From: an uncultured Desulfatitalea sp.
Lineage (GTDB): Bacteria > Desulfobacterota > Desulfobacteria > Desulfobacterales > Desulfosarcinaceae
Direction: 5' to 3'
NCBI GenBank assembly: GCA_963668675.2
Contig: CAXXMB010000002.1
Coordinates: forward strand, 2,624,001-2,688,000
DNA: 64,000 nucleotides
In this document: piece by piece, positions 30,232 to 41,721 of the stretch
Layout of the letters: each line of letters begins with the position of its first letter
How positions within the stretch are numbered: position 1 is the stretch's first letter
Program-made: the position numbers and the translations under genes
The notes under the pieces: model-generated
What the model saw: the letters and a program-made list of their open reading frames with translations, nothing else
The model's database searches: none
What the model was told of the DNA's origin: nothing

Positions 30232-30507
30232 GAAAAGCCCGGAAGAATGACAGGGCCTCACTTTGATCTCGACTCAACCCCCCTGATAAATGCCTATTCC
30301 TGTCGAATTAAGGTGTTTCTTCCATCCGCCCCATCGACATATGCAACCGGCGCTGCGCTGTTTGTGGCTGATGGCTCTACCGCATGGTATCCGTCAGCCA
30401 CTTCACGATTCGAGTCTCTGGACTTGCAACACGGGTGCATGTATGATTTCGCTTATATGCCTGTTTAATGGGTTAACGGTCCGTAATGATTCAAGGAGGC
30501 TTTTATC

Positions 30508-31989
30508 ATGTTGCGAACAAAAGAAAAATATCACGAAGATCTTTTTTCAATGAAAAAAAACATCTATATCGGAGGCGAACGCGTGGGCAGGGATGATTCC
30601 CGCCTTCGGCCGGGAATCAATGTGCTCGATGTCACTTTCGATCTTGCGTTGTCACCTGAGTGGAAAGGTGTCGCAACGGCAATATCCTCTGTCACCGGTG
30701 AGGAGATCAACCGATGGGCCCACCTGCCTCAGAACCCTTACGATTTAATACAAAAGCAGAAGTTGATTCGATTAGGCGCTAGACGCGTTGGCGGATGCAT
30801 CCAACGGTGCATGGGGCACGACGCAATCAATGCACTTGCGGTCTGCACGCGTGAAATGGATGATGCCAATGGCAGCGACTATCACCGGCGTTTTCTCGAC
30901 TATTTAAAAATGTATCATGAAAAGGATCTGGATGGGTGTTGCGCTCAGACTGACAGCAAGGGCGATCGGATGAAAAGACCAAGTGAACAGGAAGATCCGG
31001 ATGCCTATCTGCATATTGTGGAGGAGCGCAAAGACGGCATCGTTGTAAGTGGATTCAAGATGTCCATTACCCAGGCTGCTTATGCCGATGAGATTATTGC
31101 TTTGCCAACGCGTGCGCTCATGGAATCCGATCGGGATTATGCGGTCGCTTTTGCGATTCCGGCGGATGCGCAAGGGCTTAGTTTAATTACGCGTCCGGTA
31201 TGGCTGCGAGGTAAGGATAAGGCGGACGCCCCTCCCTTTTGTAAATATGGCGTTTCGGACTGCATTGTGTATTTTGATAACGTTTTCATACCAAAATCAC
31301 GTGTTTTCATGTGTGGGGAGTGGCAGTTCGGTCGACGAATGGCGCTCTTGTTTGCTGACTCCCACCGGCATAGCTACAGCGGATGTAAACCAGCCGTTTC
31401 AGACATTCTCTGTGGTGCCGCATCACTGGCAGCCGAGGCCAATAATATTGCGAAAGCGTCACACGTTAAAGAAAAATTATCCGAATATGCCGGTGCTGCT
31501 GAATTGGCGTTCGCGGCAGGCGTAGCGGCGGCGGTATATGGGAAAAAGACTGCCAGCGGTGTCTTTTTCCCGAATGAGATATACGCCAATGTCGGCCGGC
31601 GGTTGACAGGAGAAATGATTTATCACGAATACAACATTCTAACGGAGATTGCAGGTGGTATTGCTGTAACGATGCCATTTGATGAGGACTTCGAAAGAGG
31701 AGACAATGTCGAAGCACTGAAGCGTTTCATCGTCAGGAATCCGAATCTCTCTGCCGAAGAGTCTACAAAAATTTGGCAGTTGGTTGAGAACATCGGTGCA
31801 TCGGGCATGGCGTCTTGGTACAAAATCGCGGGTGTCCATGGTGGCGGCTCACCCATAATGGAAACCATCGCATTGAACATCGGCTATGATTTCGACGACA
31901 AAAAGCGACTCGCGCGTTACCTTGCCGGGATAGACAAGGAGTTGGATGATTCCGAAATGCGCCAATTGGAACCCAGATTAAATGAATAA
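30508..31989 (+). CDS. 4-hydroxybutyryl-CoA dehydratase-like enzyme (HpaB/AbfD family, FAD and 4Fe-4S)
   Basis: GGCIQRCMG (CxxxC) and HRHSYSGCK give the 3Cys+His ligand pattern of AbfD; QTDSKGDR, HGGGSP. Confidence 0.85.
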   Translation: MLRTKEKYHEDLFSMKKNIYIGGERVGRDDSRLRPGINVLDVTFDLALSPEWKGVATAISSVTGEEINRWAHLPQNPYDLIQKQKLIRLGARRVGGCIQRCMGHDAINALAVCTREMDDANGSDYHRRFLDYLKMYHEKDLDGCCAQTDSKGDRMKRPSEQEDPDAYLHIVEERKDGIVVSGFKMSITQAAYADEIIALPTRALMESDRDYAVAFAIPADAQGLSLITRPVWLRGKDKADAPPFCKYGVSDCIVYFDNVFIPKSRVFMCGEWQFGRRMALLFADSHRHSYSGCKPAVSDILCGAASLAAEANNIAKASHVKEKLSEYAGAAELAFAAGVAAAVYGKKTASGVFFPNEIYANVGRRLTGEMIYHEYNILTEIAGGIAVTMPFDEDFERGDNVEALKRFIVRNPNLSAEESTKIWQLVENIGASGMASWYKIAGVHGGGSPIMETIALNIGYDFDDKKRLARYLAGIDKELDDSEMRQLEPRLNE

Positions 31990-32071
31990 CTGATGACCTG
32001 ATGATTTATGTTTTACGGTTCCTTATTCACATATATTTCGATAGACGCTTCAACGTAAAAGGGATTGTTGC

Positions 32072-32878
32072 ATGGAGTTCAACACGGTACAATTCGAGGA
32101 GGTGGAGCCCCACATCGGTCTAATTACGCTGAGTCGCCCACACCGGCTCAACGCCATCAGCATGGAGATGTTGGATGAGCTAAAGGTTTTGTTTCAACGT
32201 CTTCTGTCGATGGAATCGATCTGGGTGCTGATGCTGACCGGTGCCGGACGAGGCTTCTGTTCAGGCGCGGATCTGAAGGACGCTAAGACGTGGAGCGAAT
32301 CCGTTGGCCAAGTGCGCAATGCCGGCAGCCATTTAATTCATATCCAAAAGAAGTATGCTGAGAGCGTAATGGGCATGCGTGCATTGGGGCAGCCCATTAT
32401 TTCCGCTGTAAACGGTGTCGCGGCCGGTGGAGGAATGTGCTTTGCGCTGGCTTCAGACATCGTGATCGTAAGCCGCAAGGCGTCGTTTATTCCCTCCTTC
32501 ATCAACATCGGGCTTTCAGGCGGCGAACTTGGCTCCTCCTATTTCTTGCCTCGTGCGGTGGGCCATATCCGCGCCTCAGAGATTCTTCTGACAGGGCGTT
32601 CTGTTGGGGCCGAAGAGGCTGTGCGGATCGGACTGGCCAACGCATTGGTCGAGCAAGAGAAACTGCTGGAAGAGGCATTGGTTATGGGCAGGCGCCTGGT
32701 AGAGAAAGGGGGGACCGCCCTTCGATTGACCAAGGAGAGCTTGAACGTGAACCTGGATGCCGCCTCGCTGATGTCGGCCATCGAGTTCGAGAATCGGACG
32801 CAGAGTATCTGCTGCACTACCCCGGAACATTTTTCCGCGGTGGCGAGATTTGAAAATAAAACCAAAGAAAAAGCTTGA
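32072..32878 (+). CDS. Enoyl-CoA hydratase/isomerase (crotonase) family
   Basis: RPHRLNA, GRGFCSGADL, AVNGVAAGGG; the stop codon overlaps the end of a MITE. Confidence 0.92.
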   Translation: MEFNTVQFEEVEPHIGLITLSRPHRLNAISMEMLDELKVLFQRLLSMESIWVLMLTGAGRGFCSGADLKDAKTWSESVGQVRNAGSHLIHIQKKYAESVMGMRALGQPIISAVNGVAAGGGMCFALASDIVIVSRKASFIPSFINIGLSGGELGSSYFLPRAVGHIRASEILLTGRSVGAEEAVRIGLANALVEQEKLLEEALVMGRRLVEKGGTALRLTKESLNVNLDAASLMSAIEFENRTQSICCTTPEHFSAVARFENKTKEKA

Positions 32879-33035
32879 TGAACTCGTAAAAAGTTGTTCA
32901 CTCGTCATGCCGGACTTGATTCGGCATCCAGAAGTTTTTGAAAAGACTGGATAGCGCTAAAGCTTAACTGCGTGCCCGGCTTTCGCCGGAATGACTGAGT
33001 AACTACTTTCGGGACTTTTTACGAATGAATGCATC
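32877..33035. mobile_element. MITE, copy 2
   Basis: GATGAACTCGTAAAAAGT...ACTTTTTACGAATGAATGCATC, perfect AAGCTT direct repeats at 32871-32876 and 33036-33041; core inverted relative to copy 1. Confidence 0.8.
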
Positions 33036-33694
33036 AAGCTTGACCGTCCGTAGAAAATTCCTGCAAGCAAATGGGGGTGCCTGATTCTCGTTGAAATGGT
33101 TGGGATGGGTTTTTTAACTCAGGCTATGGTCCTATAAGAAGCAGAAGTTTTATCTATCAGAATCCCAGCATGCATTTTTTAAGCATTGGCGTCAGTGAGG
33201 ATTTGCTCGTCCTGGTTGGATCGATCGTTTTAGTGGTTTTCGCTTCTTCATTTGCCGACAACGTAAACGGTTTAACCATCTCCCGATTTTCTTTTACCGC
33301 AAGGATAAATCCCGTTACCACTTTACCGGCATTTTATCGGTGTGCTGTCAGATCGTTTATGCCGAAATTATAATTGAGCCAAGAGACGCCTTGTTTTCGA
33401 AGTCCTGACAATGGGGTGTGCCTGCTATGACCTTCCAGTTCAAGAAGGAGATGGACGAGGATTTCGACCAGTATGTGGGGTTTTACGGTCAACACAGCGC
33501 GGCCGTTTTGATGGGGTAAGAAAAATCCCTACATCAGAATCAAAAATTTCTGAATTGCCTGCTTTCCTGAGACTTGATACGTTGCAGATTGCTATGATCT
33601 CATTTTTCACGGCATTGAACTAATTATTGAATTCTTGACCCCGTCAGGCGACACCGCCTCGTTGCTTAACAGGCAGGCCCCTACTGGAGGGCAG

Positions 33695-33949
33695 ATGATT
33701 TTTGCTGGACTCAAGCTGACGCTTTTGGGTATGGCGGTGGTGTTTTCCTTTCTGCTGCTTTTGATCCTGTTCGTTAAAATTTCCTACTGGTTTCTGTCCG
33801 CAGGCAGTGCCAAGGAGTTGGCCGCTGCGGAGGCCGCCGAACTGAACAAAAAGAGGCGTTCTTTGAGCGCAAAAGAGAACGACGTGCTGGTGGCCATCAT
33901 CAGTGCGGCGATCGCCGCCCATCGATCCCGGACGCGGCCGGTCAGATGA
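33695..33949 (+). CDS. oadG: Na+-translocating decarboxylase gamma subunit
   Basis: LTLLGMAVVFSFLLLL and VAIISAAIAAHR; GGAGG RBS; first gene of the gamma-alpha-beta order. Confidence 0.88.
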   Translation: MIFAGLKLTLLGMAVVFSFLLLLILFVKISYWFLSAGSAKELAAAEAAELNKKRRSLSAKENDVLVAIISAAIAAHRSRTRPVR

Positions 33950-33994
33950 TATAGGGTGTCGTTTATCAACCTTTTCTGGAGATAGTGAGCAATC

Positions 33995-35782
33995 ATGAAA
34001 AAAATTCGGTTTATGGATACTTCTCTGCGCGATGGGTTTCAATCGGTTTTCGGTGCTCGTGCGCTGACGGATGATTTTATCCCCGCAGTGAAAGCGGGTG
34101 CGCATGCCGGGATCGAACACATGGAGGCGGGCGGAGGCGCACGTTTTCAGGCGCTGTTTATGTATTGCGGAGAATCGGCTTTTGACATGATGGATCGCTT
34201 CCGTGAGGCGGCCGGGCCGACCACGAAGCTCCAGACGCTGGCAAGGGGCATTAACGTGGTCGCGCTTTCGGCCCAGCCCAAAGATATGATCGATCTGCAT
34301 GCCAAAATGTTCAAAAAACATGGGATGACGCACATCCGCAACTTCGATGCCCTGAACGACGTGCGCAATCTTATCTATTCGGGCGAGTGCATCAAAAAAG
34401 CAGGTCTGCACCACCAGGTGTCCATTACCATGATGGAGCTTCCGCCAGGTTGCAGCGGGGCCCACGACGCGCCCTTCTATATCAAAACGCTGCGGGAAAT
34501 CATGGACTCCGGGCTGCCCTATGATTCCATCTGTTTCAAGGATGCCTCCGGGACCAGCAACCCGCGCAAGTTTTACGATACGATCAAGGCCGCTCGTGAA
34601 CTGCTGGGTAAGGATACCATTATCTGGGCCCATTCTCATGAAACCGCCGGTGTAGGTGTGGTCCAGTATAAAGCCGCCATAGAGGCCGGCTGCGACGGCG
34701 TTGACCTGGCCCGCACGCCTCTGTCCGGCGGTACCTGCCAGCCGGACATGCTGTCGTTGTGGCATGCGTTGAAAGGCACCGACTACACGCTGGACATCGA
34801 TGTAAAAAAGATCATGGAGGCCAATCGGGTTCTCGAGGAGTGCCTTCAGGATTACTTCTTTCCGCCGGAGGCGCAGAAAGTCTCTTCCGAAGTGATTCTC
34901 TCCCCCATGCCGGGCGGCGCATTGACGGCCAATACCATGATGATGCGCGATACCGGAACGCTGGCCCTCTATCCAAAGGTGATCGAAGCCATGTCCGAGT
35001 GTGTTGCCCGAGGCGGCTTCGGCACTTCGGTAACGCCGGTGTCCCAGTTCTATTTTCAGCAGGCCTACGCCAATGTCACCCAGGGCCCCTGGAAGAAAAT
35101 AACCGACGGCTATGGCAAGATGGTGTTAGGGTACTTCGGCCGCACACCGGTGCCGCCGGATCCGGAGATCGTGCGCATTGCCGAAGAGCAGCTCGGCAAA
35201 CCGGTATTCAAGGGCAATCCGGTGGAGCTGCTCGAGCCCGGCATTCCCAAAGCCAAGGCGATCCTTGAAAAAGAGGGCCTGCCAATTACCGAAGAGAACA
35301 TCTTTATCGTTGGTGCCCTGCAAACCCCGGGGGGCAACAAGGGGCTGGATTTTCTGAAAGGCCACAAACCCATCAATGTGCGCAAGGTCGCCGCCGAAGA
35401 CGATACGGCAACGCCTTCCCCGGCAGCGTCGTCGGAGGCAGCGCCTGCGTCGTTTCCAGCCGAATACACGGTGACGGTGGAGGGCAAGGCCTACCAGGTC
35501 AAGGTTGAATCGACTACCGGCGAAGTCCAAGCGGTGACGCCGGCAGCGCCGACCGCCAAGTCAGCCAATGCCATAAACGTCGTGGCCAAGTTGCAGGGCA
35601 TCGTATCCGAGATTTTTGTCGCCGCAGGGGATCGGGTCCGTCGGGGCGATACGCTTCTCATACTTGAAGCCATGAAGATGGAGACCCCCGTGGTGGCGCC
35701 TTGCGACGGCAATATCGTCTCTATTGGAGTGGAAAAAGGCCAGGTGGTAAAGCCCGAACAGCTGGTCGCAACGATTGCATAG
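33995..35782 (+). CDS. oadA: Oxaloacetate decarboxylase alpha subunit (carboxyltransferase plus biotin carrier)
   Basis: [28 protein letters not shown], biotinylation motif EAMKM. Confidence 0.88.
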   Translation: MKKIRFMDTSLRDGFQSVFGARALTDDFIPAVKAGAHAGIEHMEAGGGARFQALFMYCGESAFDMMDRFREAAGPTTKLQTLARGINVVALSAQPKDMIDLHAKMFKKHGMTHIRNFDALNDVRNLIYSGECIKKAGLHHQVSITMMELPPGCSGAHDAPFYIKTLREIMDSGLPYDSICFKDASGTSNPRKFYDTIKAARELLGKDTIIWAHSHETAGVGVVQYKAAIEAGCDGVDLARTPLSGGTCQPDMLSLWHALKGTDYTLDIDVKKIMEANRVLEECLQDYFFPPEAQKVSSEVILSPMPGGALTANTMMMRDTGTLALYPKVIEAMSECVARGGFGTSVTPVSQFYFQQAYANVTQGPWKKITDGYGKMVLGYFGRTPVPPDPEIVRIAEEQLGKPVFKGNPVELLEPGIPKAKAILEKEGLPITEENIFIVGALQTPGGNKGLDFLKGHKPINVRKVAAEDDTATPSPAASSEAAPASFPAEYTVTVEGKAYQVKVESTTGEVQAVTPAAPTAKSANAINVVAKLQGIVSEIFVAAGDRVRRGDTLLILEAMKMETPVVAPCDGNIVSIGVEKGQVVKPEQLVATIA

Positions 35783-35796
35783 ACCAGGGAGACCTG

Positions 35797-37098
35797 ATGA
35801 AGCACACTACTAAGTTTGCCATCGGCTGGGCGTCGGTCGTTACGGTATTGGCCACGGCCGCACCGGTGTTGGCCGGTACCGAATCATCGGCTCCCGCCGG
35901 ATCTAAAGGTGAGTTGGCGCCCCTGGGGTCTATGATCGCCGTGTTCGTCAAGTCCACTGGTCTCTGGGGATATCTCTTTCCCGAGGCCGGCGGGTGGACA
36001 GCAGGGATCGGCAGCTTGATCATGGTCGCTGTGGGACTGCTGCTGTTGTATTTGGCCATCTCCAAACGGTTCGAACCCCTGCTTCTGGTGCCCATGGGAT
36101 TTGGATGCATCCTGGCAAATGTTCCTCTGGCTGGGATTGCGGATCCTGGAGGCATCATCTATTACATTTACGAAATCGGCATCAAAACCGGAGTTTTTCC
36201 GCTGCTGGTCTTCATGGGGGTAGGCGCCATGACCGATTTCGGCCCCATGATCGCCAATCCCAAGACCGCACTGTTGGGTGCGGCGGCCCAGTTCGGCATT
36301 TTCAGCACGCTTATCGGGGCCCTGGTGCTGTCGCACATCGTGCCCGGCATCGATTTCGACCTGTTTGACGCGGCATCCATCGGCATTATCGGCGGGGCCG
36401 ATGGACCGACCGCCATTTTTCTGGCCAGTCAGCTCTCACCCGACCTGCTGGGAGCCATTGCCGTGGCGGCCTACTCCTACATGGCGCTGGTACCCATCAT
36501 CCAACCCCCTATCATGAGGGCGCTGACCAATTCCGATGAACGCAAAATCCGCATGACCCAAATGCGCTACGTGGGCAGAGCGGAAAAGATCGTATTTCCA
36601 ATGATAGCCCTCGGATTGTGTATGCTGTTGCTGCCGTCGGCAGTCCCCCTGATCGGCTTTTTCATGTTCGGCAATCTCATGCGAGAATGCGGCGTGGTCG
36701 ATCGCCTCTCCAAAACCACTCAGAATGCCCTGATCAATATCGTCACCATTTTTCTCGGGATTGGGGTCGGTTCGCGGCTTTCCGCGGAGAAATTTCTGAA
36801 CCTGGAAACCCTGGGCATTTTGCTTCTTGGGGTCGTTGCGTTTAGTATCGGGACCGCCTCCGGCATTTTGGTGGCCAAGTTGATGAACCAGTTTTCGAAA
36901 ACAAAAATCAACCCATTGATCGGATCTGCCGGCGTTTCGGCGGTCCCTATGGCCGCCAGGGTCAGCCAGAAGTTGGGGGTCGAGGAAGATCCCGAAAACA
37001 TGCTGCTGATGTTTGCCATGGGGCCCAACGTCGCGGGTGTGATCGGGTCGGCGGTGGCCGCCGGCGTATTGTTAACGTTAAAAAACCTGATCGTCTGA
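35797..37098 (+). CDS. oadB: Na+-translocating decarboxylase beta subunit
   Basis: [41 protein letters not shown]. Confidence 0.93.
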   Translation: MKHTTKFAIGWASVVTVLATAAPVLAGTESSAPAGSKGELAPLGSMIAVFVKSTGLWGYLFPEAGGWTAGIGSLIMVAVGLLLLYLAISKRFEPLLLVPMGFGCILANVPLAGIADPGGIIYYIYEIGIKTGVFPLLVFMGVGAMTDFGPMIANPKTALLGAAAQFGIFSTLIGALVLSHIVPGIDFDLFDAASIGIIGGADGPTAIFLASQLSPDLLGAIAVAAYSYMALVPIIQPPIMRALTNSDERKIRMTQMRYVGRAEKIVFPMIALGLCMLLLPSAVPLIGFFMFGNLMRECGVVDRLSKTTQNALINIVTIFLGIGVGSRLSAEKFLNLETLGILLLGVVAFSIGTASGILVAKLMNQFSKTKINPLIGSAGVSAVPMAARVSQKLGVEEDPENMLLMFAMGPNVAGVIGSAVAAGVLLTLKNLIV

Positions 37099-37206
37099 TG
37101 GGTCTGAAGGGTTGTCGTACGAGCATTGCAAGCGGCCCATAATTTGATATACTGTAACGGCTGCCGGCGGAAAAAATGACCCGGGATAACCTAAGTGGAG
37201 GGAAAG

Positions 37207-37515
37207 ATGTCGATACGCGTTCTCATGATCAGGAAAATGCCTCGCTTGTACGGCGGAATGGAGGCTGATTTGTTGCCCCAGCTGGGTCCCTTGTTGGCCG
37301 AGGCCAGGCAATTGGCGTTTCGTCAAGCCGGGTATATTTCCGGAGAGACCATGCGAAATATTGCTGATCCCTACGAATTTTTGGTGATCAGCACTTGGAA
37401 ATCGGTCGAAGACTGGGAAAGGTGGTTCGCCAACAAGGAGCGCGCGGAGATCGAGGGGAAAATTGACGCCGTATTGGGTGCACCGACGGAATACAGGGTT
37501 TATTCCTATGACTAG
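37207..37515 (+). CDS. Antibiotic biosynthesis monooxygenase (ABM) family protein
   Basis: QAGYISGET, FLVISTWKSVEDW. Confidence 0.75.
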   Translation: MSIRVLMIRKMPRLYGGMEADLLPQLGPLLAEARQLAFRQAGYISGETMRNIADPYEFLVISTWKSVEDWERWFANKERAEIEGKIDAVLGAPTEYRVYSYD

Positions 37516-37628
37516 TGGTAAAAAAAAGGCTGACACCGAAATGCCCTTTTATGCTTTACTCTTTTTAAATCTATGACGTGGGGGCTTCTCTGAGATATGG
37601 TTCCCGAAAGACAGCAAGGAGTGATGAT

Positions 37629-38090
37629 ATGACCATCCATGCCAGGGACGTAATGGTAACGTCGTTTGATCGAATTCACCAGGATTCGCCCATCGAGGAT
37701 GCCATCAACATGATCCTGAACGGGAAAATCAGAGAGACAGGCCAAAAGACCATCAGCATTATCGTTGTAGATGACGCTGGTCAGATGGTAGGGGTGATCA
37801 GCATGTATGACATTCTTTTTCATCTTCGGCCGGACTTTTTGAATTTGAGTGTGGATGCAGACACCTTGTTGTGGGAAGGGCAGTTGAGACGGTTGACCGA
37901 AGAGCTTAAGAACAAGAAGGTCAATCAGCTGATGAGCACCAATGTGACGAGCGCGGCGCTTGACGAGCATATTATCGTTATCCTGGACAAGATGATTAAA
38001 AACAAGTTCCGCCGTCTTCCTGTGTTGGAGGGGAACAAGCCCATTGGCATTATCTACCTCTTCGATGTCTATTACCGCATTTTTCATTGA
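37629..38090 (+). CDS. CBS-pair protein
   Basis: ARDVM, VVDDAGQMVGVIS, RRLPVLEGNKPIGII; AAGGAG RBS. Confidence 0.85.
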   Translation: MTIHARDVMVTSFDRIHQDSPIEDAINMILNGKIRETGQKTISIIVVDDAGQMVGVISMYDILFHLRPDFLNLSVDADTLLWEGQLRRLTEELKNKKVNQLMSTNVTSAALDEHIIVILDKMIKNKFRRLPVLEGNKPIGIIYLFDVYYRIFH

Positions 38091-38354
38091 GTTCCACCCA
38101 AGCGCGTTTGCTGCATATCGGTAACCGACAGCTATGCCGGTAGCATCTCGCATCATCTTCCAATTTGATCTCGGCTGTCGCCAATGCCTTTATATCGCCG
38201 TCGGTTAAGATGAAACTGCCGCGGTGAAAGGGTTCCCATTTTACGACGGCACTCTTGTCCGCTTCAAATCTGTCGGATTTTTCTCAGAGCAACTTTCATC
38301 TTCTCGATAGGCCAACCGACTGATATTCGCTTAACCTTTGCAAAGGAGGTCGTC

Positions 38355-38777
38355 ATGGACATCCAAAAAATCTGGAAGCTTTTCCAAGCCCACATGGATT
38401 ACACCGACGATGAACTGGAGGTGTTTAAATCAGATCCCGTGAAGGTGAAAATGGTGACTGAAACACCTGATTTTGTGAAGTGCCGGGTGATTGCAGAAGT
38501 AGTTGAATCCCATGGCTGTCATGCCAGGCACCGGGTGGGGGATCGCTTTGTCCTGACCCCCGGCGGTCAGCTTATAACCAGCGAATGCCCCAACAATATG
38601 TGTGTATCTGCAGTTACTGCGATCGGTCACGTTTTACCGGCCATTTCCGAGCGCCTGATCAACAATACAGATCCGCAGCACGAGCGCGTAGATATCGTCC
38701 ATTGCTCGGACGTGGGGTTGGATAAGGGCGGGTGGGGAAAAATTCTGATGAAGATTTACGTGGAAAAAGCGAGCTGA
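38355..38777 (+). CDS. Conserved Cys-containing hypothetical protein (TIGR04076-like)
   Basis: AEVVESHGCHARHRVGDRF...CPNNMC...HCSDVG; AAGGAGG RBS. Confidence 0.65.
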   Translation: MDIQKIWKLFQAHMDYTDDELEVFKSDPVKVKMVTETPDFVKCRVIAEVVESHGCHARHRVGDRFVLTPGGQLITSECPNNMCVSAVTAIGHVLPAISERLINNTDPQHERVDIVHCSDVGLDKGGWGKILMKIYVEKAS

Positions 38778-38881
38778 CTGGATACCCGTTGTTATCCCAG
38801 GTCATTACTGGAAGAAAGTTCCCACATGCAGGATGTGCTTGGTTTAAACTCAATTTCTTTTCTGAGAAGCCAGGAGTTCTT

Positions 38882-39739
38882 ATGCGCGCGAAAGTCATAA
38901 GTTTGTTGATATTGGCAGCCATTTTGTTCGGATGTGCAAAAACAGCCGTGAAAAATGCAGAGAACTCATTTATAGGGAAAGAACCTATTATAGTTGACCA
39001 TATGTGCACAGATATCGAACGAATTCCTGAAATCTGGATAGAAAAGACCAAGAAAACCTTTAATATCTCCTACGGCCACACATCGCACGGCAGCCAAATC
39101 ATAAGCGGTATGCGAGCGTTGCAGGCTAAAAATGGAATACTTTCATTCAGCAGTAATACAAGTTCAAGACATCTGACCATTTTTGATCGCGAACCAAAAG
39201 GGGATTTGGGAAATCCCGACAGGCGAACCTGGTATCAAAGGACAAAGGATCTATTGGATCATGGATGGGGAGACACCAATATCATCCTGTGGTCATGGTG
39301 TGGACAGGTCTCCAACGCCACGAAAGAGGACATCGATACCTATCTCGAATTGATGGATGCGCTTGAAAAAGAGTATCCCAAAGTCATTTTTATCTATATG
39401 ACGGGGCACTTGGACGGGAGTGGTGAGCGTGGAAATCTGAACATCCGCAATACGCAAATTCGGGGTTTTTGCCGAAACAACAATAAAATATTGTATGACT
39501 TCGCAGATATTGAAAGCTACGATCCCGACGGCAACTCTTTCTTAAATCTGGATGCCAACGATAGGTGTGACTATAAAAAAGAGGGGGAACGGAGAAACTG
39601 GGCCGATGAATGGTGCAAAGCCAATCCCGGGGAATGCAGCGATTATCGATGCGCCCATTCGATGCCGCTGAACTGCGATATGAAAGCCAGGGCTTTCTGG
39701 TGGCTGATGGCACGCCTGGCAGGATGGCAGCCTGAGTGA
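38882..39739 (+). CDS. Putative lipoprotein of unknown function (possibly SGNH-like fold)
   Basis: Lipobox LFGC; YGHTSHGSQ, WSWCG, MTGHLDG, CAHS motifs. Confidence 0.7.
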   Translation: MRAKVISLLILAAILFGCAKTAVKNAENSFIGKEPIIVDHMCTDIERIPEIWIEKTKKTFNISYGHTSHGSQIISGMRALQAKNGILSFSSNTSSRHLTIFDREPKGDLGNPDRRTWYQRTKDLLDHGWGDTNIILWSWCGQVSNATKEDIDTYLELMDALEKEYPKVIFIYMTGHLDGSGERGNLNIRNTQIRGFCRNNNKILYDFADIESYDPDGNSFLNLDANDRCDYKKEGERRNWADEWCKANPGECSDYRCAHSMPLNCDMKARAFWWLMARLAGWQPE

Positions 39740-39992
39740 TTCGGCCGAATCGTATCGGTTAAGGAATTATTACGACCACCAGATCCTGCTTTTCCGCTGC
39801 TGTTTTTTTATCTTGATTCTCTGTAGAAAAACGTACCCTCAGGTGAAGGCAAGCTATTCCAAGTGAGTCTTTAGGCCCAATCTATTATTGGATGTAACAT
39901 CTAAGGCCTCAAAATGCCGGCGTATGCCTGCGGTTTAAAGTTTTTTCTCCATTACGAACCTGAGCCAATATCCGCAAAAGGACACACCTCAA

Positions 39993-41600
39993 ATGGATCC
40001 CATTCTGATTGTAGCTGCGTTTGTTCTCGGTTCGATGGCGAGCCGGATCGGTCTGCCGCCGTTGGTGGGATACCTTGTGGCCGGTTTTGTGCTCAACGGC
40101 CTGGGTATCGAAGCAGGGAATAATCTGGAGTCGATCGCCAATGCCGGTGTGACCCTGCTGCTTTTCACCATCGGATTAAAATTGAAACTGAGGGACCTGG
40201 CCGGCCCGGCGGTATGGGCAGGAGCGTCAGTCCACATGATGTGCACGGTGGTCATCTTCACCATCGGGTTGGGCCTGTTGAGCATGTTCGGCGCATCTTT
40301 GTTGGATGGGTTGACCTGGGCGCACTGGCTGCTCATCGCCTTTGCCTTGAGTTTTTCCAGTACGGTATTTGCCGTCAAGACGTTCGAAGCGAAAAAGGAG
40401 ATGGCCTCGCGCCATGCGGTAACGGCCATCGGCATTTTGATCATGCAGGACATCATCGCCGTGGTCTTTATGGCCGTATCCTCCGGCAAGGCACCGAGCC
40501 TGTGGGCGCCTGTATTCGTCGGGGGGCTTATTCTGATTCGTCCTCTGTTGATGCGCTTCATGTCGAGATGCGGGCACGGTGAACTGTTGATGCTTTTCGG
40601 CATTCTGATGCCGGCCGCCGGTTATGGGGGGTTCGAACTGGTCGGCCTGAAAGGCGACTTGGGCGCCCTGGTATTCGGGATGCTTTTAGCGGCGCATCCC
40701 AAAGCGTATGAACTCTCCAATGCGCTGCTGAGCTTTAAAGATCTCTTCCTGGTCGGCTTCTTTCTGAACATCGGCATTTCCGGTTCACCCACCTTGACGG
40801 CAGTCGGCATGGCGATCCTCCTATCGGTGGTCATGCCGATCAAGGCCGCCATGTTTTTCGGTCTTTTCACCCGTTTCAGGTTGAGCGGACGCACTTCACT
40901 GCTGGCCTCACTGAGTCTGGCCAACTACAGTGAATTCGGACTGATCGTCGGCACCATCGGTGTTGCCCACGGATGGCTCGACAGGCAGTGGTTGACCGTC
41001 CTGGCGATGGCGCTCTCCATTACGTTTATTATGGCAGCGCCGGCCAACTCTTTGGTCCACGTTATCTACGCCCGGTGGTCCGATCTGCTCAAACGATTCG
41101 AGAGCTCGAAGCGTCCAATTGAGGAGTCCCCCCCCCTGGTGGTCGGCGATGCAGAAATCGCCGTCATCGGACTTGGGGGACTTGGGACGACAGCTTACGA
41201 CGAGATGCGACGGCGCAACGGGGAGGTGGTGGTCGGTGTCGATTTCTCCCGGGAAACGGTGCAACGGCATCAGCAGCTGGGACGGCGGGTGGTGCTGGGC
41301 GATGCTTCGGACAGCGACTTCTGGGAGCGGATAACCGTCGCCGGCACCAATATCGGCATGGTGATGCTGACCCTGCCGGACCCTAAAGCGAGCGCCTTTG
41401 TCATCAACCAACTGAAAGAACGGGGATATACGGGGCAGATTGCCGCTTCCGTGCACCACGAAGACGAGATCGACGAGTTGAGAAAAGCCGGCATCGATGC
41501 GGCTTTCATTGTCTCCCATGAAGCCGGCGTTGGGTTTGCCGACTATGTTTGCAAGCATATGGAGCATTGCCAACTCCAGGAGATCGGCTTGACTTCGTGA
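39993..41600 (+). CDS. Kef-type cation:proton antiporter (CPA2) with a TrkA-N domain
   Basis: GLPPLVGYL, LSFSSTV, QDIIAV, SEFGLI, C-terminal IGLGGLG. Confidence 0.9.
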   Translation: MDPILIVAAFVLGSMASRIGLPPLVGYLVAGFVLNGLGIEAGNNLESIANAGVTLLLFTIGLKLKLRDLAGPAVWAGASVHMMCTVVIFTIGLGLLSMFGASLLDGLTWAHWLLIAFALSFSSTVFAVKTFEAKKEMASRHAVTAIGILIMQDIIAVVFMAVSSGKAPSLWAPVFVGGLILIRPLLMRFMSRCGHGELLMLFGILMPAAGYGGFELVGLKGDLGALVFGMLLAAHPKAYELSNALLSFKDLFLVGFFLNIGISGSPTLTAVGMAILLSVVMPIKAAMFFGLFTRFRLSGRTSLLASLSLANYSEFGLIVGTIGVAHGWLDRQWLTVLAMALSITFIMAAPANSLVHVIYARWSDLLKRFESSKRPIEESPPLVVGDAEIAVIGLGGLGTTAYDEMRRRNGEVVVGVDFSRETVQRHQQLGRRVVLGDASDSDFWERITVAGTNIGMVMLTLPDPKASAFVINQLKERGYTGQIAASVHHEDEIDELRKAGIDAAFIVSHEAGVGFADYVCKHMEHCQLQEIGLTS

Positions 41601-41721
41601 ATGGGTAGCGATGTCATTGATCCACTTGGACATATCCATTGGACGCGATTGAATGATCCAATGACGCGCATGCGAGTGCATTAAACGCAGAGGATTTCAA
41701 TCTGCATGGAGACCTGGAAAC

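Noticed and set aside
33060..33630. Short ORFs in the AT-rich spacer before oadG (33170..33373, 33411..33623)
   Set aside because: No RBS or motifs; probably promoter or intergenic sequence.
38095..38290. Protein-like open frame on the minus strand (EKSDRFEADKSAVVKWEPFHRG...)
   Set aside because: No start codon, RBS or recognisable family; possibly a relic, but unsupported without BLASTX.
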